Positions 57,889-64,000 of a stretch of DNA of 64,000 bases are shown in pieces. This DNA is from Octopus vulgaris. Taxonomy: Eukaryota. Numbering within the stretch: the first letter of the stretch is position 1; every line of letters begins with the position of its first letter. The DNA lies in assembly GCA_951406725.2 (NCBI GenBank), contig OX597819.1, forward strand, positions 56,420,001-56,484,000, written 5' to 3'. The position numbers were made by a program, and so were the translations under genes. Under the pieces are notes generated by a model, which saw only the letters and a list, made by a program, of their open reading frames with translations, did not search any database and was not told the origin of the DNA.

Positions 57889-57927
57889 TACATATATATA
57901 TACATATATATATACATATATATATAT

Positions 57928-57965
<38 letters not shown>

Positions 57966-58075
57966 ATATATATACATATATATATACATATATATATATA
58001 CATATATACATATATATTTACATGTATATATATACATATATACATATATATACATATATATATATACATATATAC

Positions 58076-58126
<51 letters not shown>

Positions 58127-58607
58127 CATATAATCATGCATACATATCGACACACACATATTTACAGTACACATGGCCTTTAAGTTACTCTGTAATGTCT
58201 ACTGATTATTAAGAACAACAATATATAAATATACTCACATTTTGATGTTTATCTTCCTATTTGTGTCAAAAAAACCTACACTCACGCACACACATACACA
58301 CACATGTATATTATGGAAGTATATCCATGTGTGGGTGTATGTGTGCGTCCTTGGTCTATGTGCATGTACAAACGTGATACAGTTTGACACCTAATGTTGT
58401 ACTTATGTCTTTGTAACTAGGCGTTTCTGAAAAATTGGCGATCGATAGACTAAGTATAACACTTATGCAATAAAGCATAACGTACTATTTCATTGCCTAA
58501 ACCTTCTAAGAGTAATCCAGCATGGCCTCTGTTCAATCACGGAAACTAGTAAAAGACTAAGAAGAGGGAGGGCGTACGTACGTAAATACATACATACATA
58601 TATGTAT

Positions 58608-59138
58608 ACGAGCAAAACGCTCCCCCCACCGTCCAATGGACGGTGCTGAATCATATCTGCTAAATAAAAAGCAATCAGTGTTTTCTTTTCATTAAAAAAT
58701 AATTAAGCATTCCTTTATTTCAATAAAATTTTTGGTTTTGTTAAACGAAATTAAAGCAAAAAAAAAAAAAAAGAAACTTCTTGAGAAACTAAATAGTCTT
58801 TCCTTCCTTCATGCCAAGTTTGAAGAAAATATATCTTTTCCATCTTGCTTTTTTGGTCTCTTAAATATACTGCATTTTGTGACTTTTTTTGCGCAAACTG
58901 CATGTGCATTTTTCTCGCGTACGCGTAGTATCGATCGCAACAGCTGATGTACTTTCGCGTACAAATGCACGTTCCCACGGCTTTATCGATCGCATTTTCA
59001 CCTGGAATCGATTTTTGTATCACGCCCTGATACCGTCGGTATCTACATATCAAATTTGAGCGCAATCGGATGGAGGATGCCCGAGATCCGAGAAGACACA
59101 CATACACAGACAGACAGAACGGATTTTACATAATAGAT
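58608..59138 (+). mobile_element. Probable Helentron-derived non-autonomous element (HINE/DINE-1-like)
   Basis: 5' palindrome caccgtcca-a-tggacggtg (58627-58645), catgccaagtttgaag and tatcaaatttgagcgcaatcgg core motifs, (ACAG)n near the 3' end, ...taatagat terminus. Confidence 0.6.
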
Positions 59139-59144
59139 ATATGT

Positions 59145-59196
<52 letters not shown>

Positions 59197-59744
59197 ATAG
59201 ATATACGCATTCACACAAACATGAACACACACAACTTACACACACACACACATACGAACACACACATATATAAATATTGTGGAAAACAATTATTTTCCTT
59301 GATACTGTTTTATGTTTTGTTTGAAACAATATATTTCCAGAACCCATCAATACTAATATCGATATTATCGCGTCGATGAAATCACGTCAGTGTTATTTAT
59401 TATTGCTGTTTTATCGTCTAACGGAAATCACGCGAATGGTGGCGCTGTGTCTATTCACGTGAATGGTGGCGTTGTGCGCATTCATTATCATGTTAACTGA
59501 AATCAATTTCCATTGCTGCCGTCCAATTCCTTTCAGTAATCCTAAAATAATTTGGTCATATAGTCTTGTGTTCTATAGTTATGTACGAGTTAATATTTTC
59601 AATGTCATGAGCTCAAAAACTATTCCTTAGATTAAGAGTAATGATTTTGAAAGGGTGGGCTGTTAGCATTACTATTTCCCAATCTGCTTGGTACCTGTGG
59701 TATTTGTTTTCTGTTATATTGTGATATTAACCTTGACTCTTGGA

Positions 59745-60222
59745 GTAAATCCTCGAGTATAATCCGCATTTTTTCCCAAAATTTAAAGGTCAAAATCCCT
59801 AGTGCGTACTATATACGAGGTTAAAAATGAAAAAATATTTCCTAAGCAATGTTCGAGTCTCTATTTGCTATTCGGCAATGTTTATTCAGACGCATTTTGT
59901 GATGTCGGGCGCGAAAATACCTTAAATCATCCATAACTTGCAGTTAGCAACATTTATTAAACGTTATTACTGTTATTTCTTTATTTTCTGCAAACAAAAT
60001 GCACAAAAAAGCTACACGTGTGCATTATGTTATATACACAATAATAATAAAGGACGTTACCGTATACATTTTTACAAACCAAGGACGTTATATCGACCTC
60101 CTTGACTCAAGTTAGAGAAGGGGTGGGTATTATTTACAATGTTTAGGTTTTTCAGAGGTACAGCTCCCTAAAATTCCCCTGCGTATTATACTCAAGGGCG
60201 GACTATACTCGAGAATTTAAGG
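59745..60222. mobile_element. Tc2/pogo-type MITE
   Basis: TIRs gtaaatcctcgagtataatccgc / gcggactatactcgagaatttaagg-TA, with internal subterminal repeats. Confidence 0.78.
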
Positions 60223-60488
60223 TACATCTCTAACTGCTGCTTTATTTCTTTTCTGATTCAACGTATTATTCATTATTTTTCAGATTCATCCTTTCATTGT
60301 TTTTCCTTTCTCTTTCTCTAGTTCACCTCACATGTTCCGCTCCGCAAACACTACGGATGGAAACATACATTGGGTAAACATTTTTCTTTTCAATTATAAC
60401 AGTAATATTTTGTCGGGGAATATGTTGTGCTTTTTGAAATAATTTCACACTTTTGCTTCTGTTTTCAGCTCTTCTTCTGTATCTGACA

Positions 60489-60873
60489 TACTCTTTTACT
60501 TGTTTCAGTCGTTTGACTGCTGCCATGATGGAACAAAGCCTTTAGTCGACCAAATCGAACCCAGGACTTGTTCTTTGTAAGACTACTACTTATTCTATCG
60601 GTCTCTTTTCCCGAACCGCTAAGTTACGAGGACGTAAACATACCAGAATCGGTTCTCAAGCGATGTTGGGTGACAAACACAGATGCACAAACATATACAC
60701 GCACATACATACATATATACAACGCGCTTCTTTCAGTTTCCGTCTACCAAATTCACTCATAAGGCTTTGGTCGGCCCGAGGCTATAGTAGAAGGCACCTG
60801 CCCAAGGTGTCACGCAGTGGGACTGAACCCGGAACCATGTGGTTGGTAAACAAGCTACTTACCACATAGCCAC
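60489..60873 (-). mobile_element. SINE family 1 copy
   Basis: Homologous to 23132-23569. Confidence 0.85.
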
Positions 60874-61089
60874 GTTAGCTATCTGACCGAGGTACGTTTA
60901 AAAATCTACTTTCTCAGTTACGGAGTTTCTAGTCTTCAAGAACGAGGAAAGGAAAGTGTAGTTGGACGTGTCCTTAAGTCGAAACAAAAGACAACTGAAG
61001 AACGTGAACAAATATATATAGGATTCCTTCAGAGGGGCTGAGGTGGAGAAACTCCAAAAGGAAGACGGGAGGACGGTATGAAAGAGTAT

Positions 61090-61281
61090 ACTGGTTTCAA
61101 ATTCTGCAAAACAGGCCAGCAATTTTCGGGGGAGGGACAAGTTGATTGGTGCACATTTTATCGATCTTGAATTGACAGGGAAATGAATCTCAGTGACAAT
61201 TGAACTCAGAACTTAAAGACGGACGAAATGCTTCTAAACACTTACCTCTGCGAGCTAACGATTCCGCAATCTCACCGCCTT
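61090..61281 (-). mobile_element. Decayed SINE family 2 copy
   Basis: ttgaactcagaac...gctaacgattccgcaatctcaccgcc. Confidence 0.65.
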
Positions 61282-62557
61282 CATGGAAGAAAATATCAAG
61301 GCGATAAGAGGAGGTAAATAACCAGTTCTGGACAAGAATGGCAATAAGCAGGAGAAGATAGAAGACGCTTGAACCGGGATACTTCCAGCAATGGCCTACT
61401 ATATCATATGACAATAGACAAGAGGAAGAGAATTGTGGATCTGTGATTAAATTTTCGAATTTCGTGATAAGGAAGTGAGGTGAATTATCTATAGAGTAAG
61501 GTTATCAACGTTTGCTGTTTTGATCAAGTTATTTTTTGTATTGAGAATTATAGTATTTCAATGATGTAGACGCATGTATATGCACGATCAGCCGGCAAGA
61601 AACTTTGCTATTTCTCCGTTTCGCATAACTTCTAAACTTTTCGAGTTTATAACTTTCATGTTTACATCTAAATTTTATTCTGCTGCTTGCAGGTTTGAAA
61701 TGTTGTCGATGCATTGATTTTGAATGTTTGAAATATGTTTGTAATATATAGCGACAAACATCTATATTCAAAAAGCACAAACACTCATACGTATATAATA
61801 ACATGCACATAGTCAAACAAATATGCCAAAGCAGATGAAGCTGCTCAATCCTTAAATACATATGCATATATACATACATTTATAATAATGCGCGCACACA
61901 CACATACATATAGGCATGCGTGTGTGCATACGTATATATATATATATATATATGTCATTATTTATGTGTGTGTATTTGAAGGGGAACAAATATTGTGGTT
62001 CCAGAATGCATGCAATAGAGGCAACAACCCAGTCGTCTGCATAATCAGTCGTCCTATTGGTGAATAGTTACTACAATAAAACTATGATAAACCACCTCAC
62101 ATAATACAGGTTAGTTAAGAGGCTCTGAATGTTTTGTAATTTTTATAGAAGTTTGTACTGATAGCAAACGGTAAATTCTATACAAGTTTGAAATGGTTAA
62201 TGCTTCATAACATATTGCTTTTGTTCATGAGAGCCGTGTCATCTTTCGTTTCATTAAAGTTTCCACAGGAGACTTTTGTTATCATTTTCTATTTTCCATC
62301 GTTTTACATTCATTTCCAACGAACATTTTGTCTAATCTTTCTTAGTTTCTGTTTTGTTTCTTTCAAATTTGTTTGTTTTTGTTCATATTTTTCATAAATA
62401 TACATATTTCAAATAGACATATGCCGAATATATGCCATCCAGCTGAATAAACTTGTACTTAGTTTTTAATGTTTTTCGATTATATTTCTATAAATATCTA
62501 TAGCTACACACATACATACAGACATTCATGCATAAGATATGTCTACATATATATATG

Positions 62558-62600
<43 letters not shown>

Positions 62601-62667
62601 TGAAATATATATATATATTAGTATATATATATACTGAAATATATATATATGTTTATATATATATATG

Positions 62668-62731
<64 letters not shown>

Positions 62732-62896
62732 CATACGCGTGTATATCCGCTTGTTGTTAATGTGCATCAGCATATAGACTCAGTAACTTCGATATATACG
62801 TGTATGTGTGCAAATGGATGCATTCGTTTTTGCCCACATTATCAGTGGCAGTGAGATGTTTGTATACTTTTAATGCATATCGTTACAATATATATA

Positions 62897-62946
<50 letters not shown>

Positions 62947-63155
62947 CATATATATGTATATATAGAGAGATCACACATACATACTGATGTACGCATTTAT
63001 GTCTGCATGTATATATGTTTATGCATGTATATGTGTGTATGCGTGTATATATGTGTATGCGTGTAAATGTGTATCTGTATTTATGTATATTCGTGAGTAG
63101 CATTTAAGTCTGCATAGATTTGTGTATATATATATATATATATATACATATATAC

Positions 63156-63193
<38 letters not shown>

Positions 63194-63604
63194 GTGCATA
63201 GATATACATATATCACGATATATATATATATACGTGCATAGATATACATATATCACGATATATATATATATATATATGTGTGTGAACGTGCGTATGTGTG
63301 CAGGAGAGTGACGTTACATGTGTTTGTATTGCATGTGTGCATGGTGGATGTATTATTCATCATATCGTGCACGTTCGCAAGTGAGTTGCGCATTGAAATA
63401 TATTATATTGTTTTATACACTTAATGCAATTTTCCTCATATATCTTCTCTTGCTGTGATGTATAGGATTAGAAATTTGACTTAAAAAACATAGAACTCTC
63501 AATAGAAAAAGGAAAGAAAACAAGTACAAAATATTATTGGATTCAGCTATATAATGTTCATTTCCGATTCTTTATAAATGAAGCAATTTGTTTTTAGTTT
63601 TGTT

Positions 63605-63669
<65 letters not shown>

Positions 63670-64000
63670 GGTTATTTGATTTATAAAACAAATATATTCT
63701 GTTTTACTATAATCACAAAATTCGTTATTATTGATTTGTCAAGAAAATTTCTTAACATATTTCTGTTTTTTTTTTTATGTAAAGAAAGTTTACAACAGTT
63801 ATTCGTTCGAACAACTAGAAATTGTAAGAATCCAAACCTACAAAACTAATAACTAATATGATTCTAGATTTCAGCAGAAGTTTAAAGTGAATCTCTCATT
63901 GCTGAGAATTAATGCAAATACATTCTCCCCACTCTCTGTTTAATCTGCAATTTCATCGTACTTCTTCGTTTGCAAAAGTTTTAAGAATATTTATTTTAGA

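Noticed and set aside
60940-61085. Very decayed RTE 3' coding remnant
   Set aside because: Only a vague motif resemblance across frameshifts; not supportable.

Overview
This is AT-rich, microsatellite-saturated animal DNA (intergenic or intronic). The repeat repertoire looks like a coleoid cephalopod such as octopus, which is an inference from pattern recognition only. No host exon is supported, and most ORFs in the track are artefacts of (TA)n, (CA)n and (TAA)n repeats. Main contents: (1) a nearly intact Penelope-like element of the Naiad type (17191-21035, minus strand; RT plus C-terminal GIY-YIG, only two ORF-disrupting lesions) whose two 408-bp pseudo-LTRs each carry a minimal type I hammerhead ribozyme, with variant hammerhead-like motifs elsewhere; (2) a ~7 kb head-to-tail pile-up of (TAA)n-targeting R4/Dong-type retrotransposon fragments plus a non-coding ~550-bp companion element (23.9-30.7 kb, again at 51.6-53.0 kb); (3) a young 5'-truncated CR1-like LINE with an intact 737-aa ORF and two 3'-end satellite copies; (4) decayed RTE and CR1 LINEs, mariner/pogo/hAT remnants and MITEs, a Helentron-like HINE, and three SINE families; (5) an orphan ITS2-like + 5' 28S rDNA pseudogene. 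All alignments and folds were done by eye.
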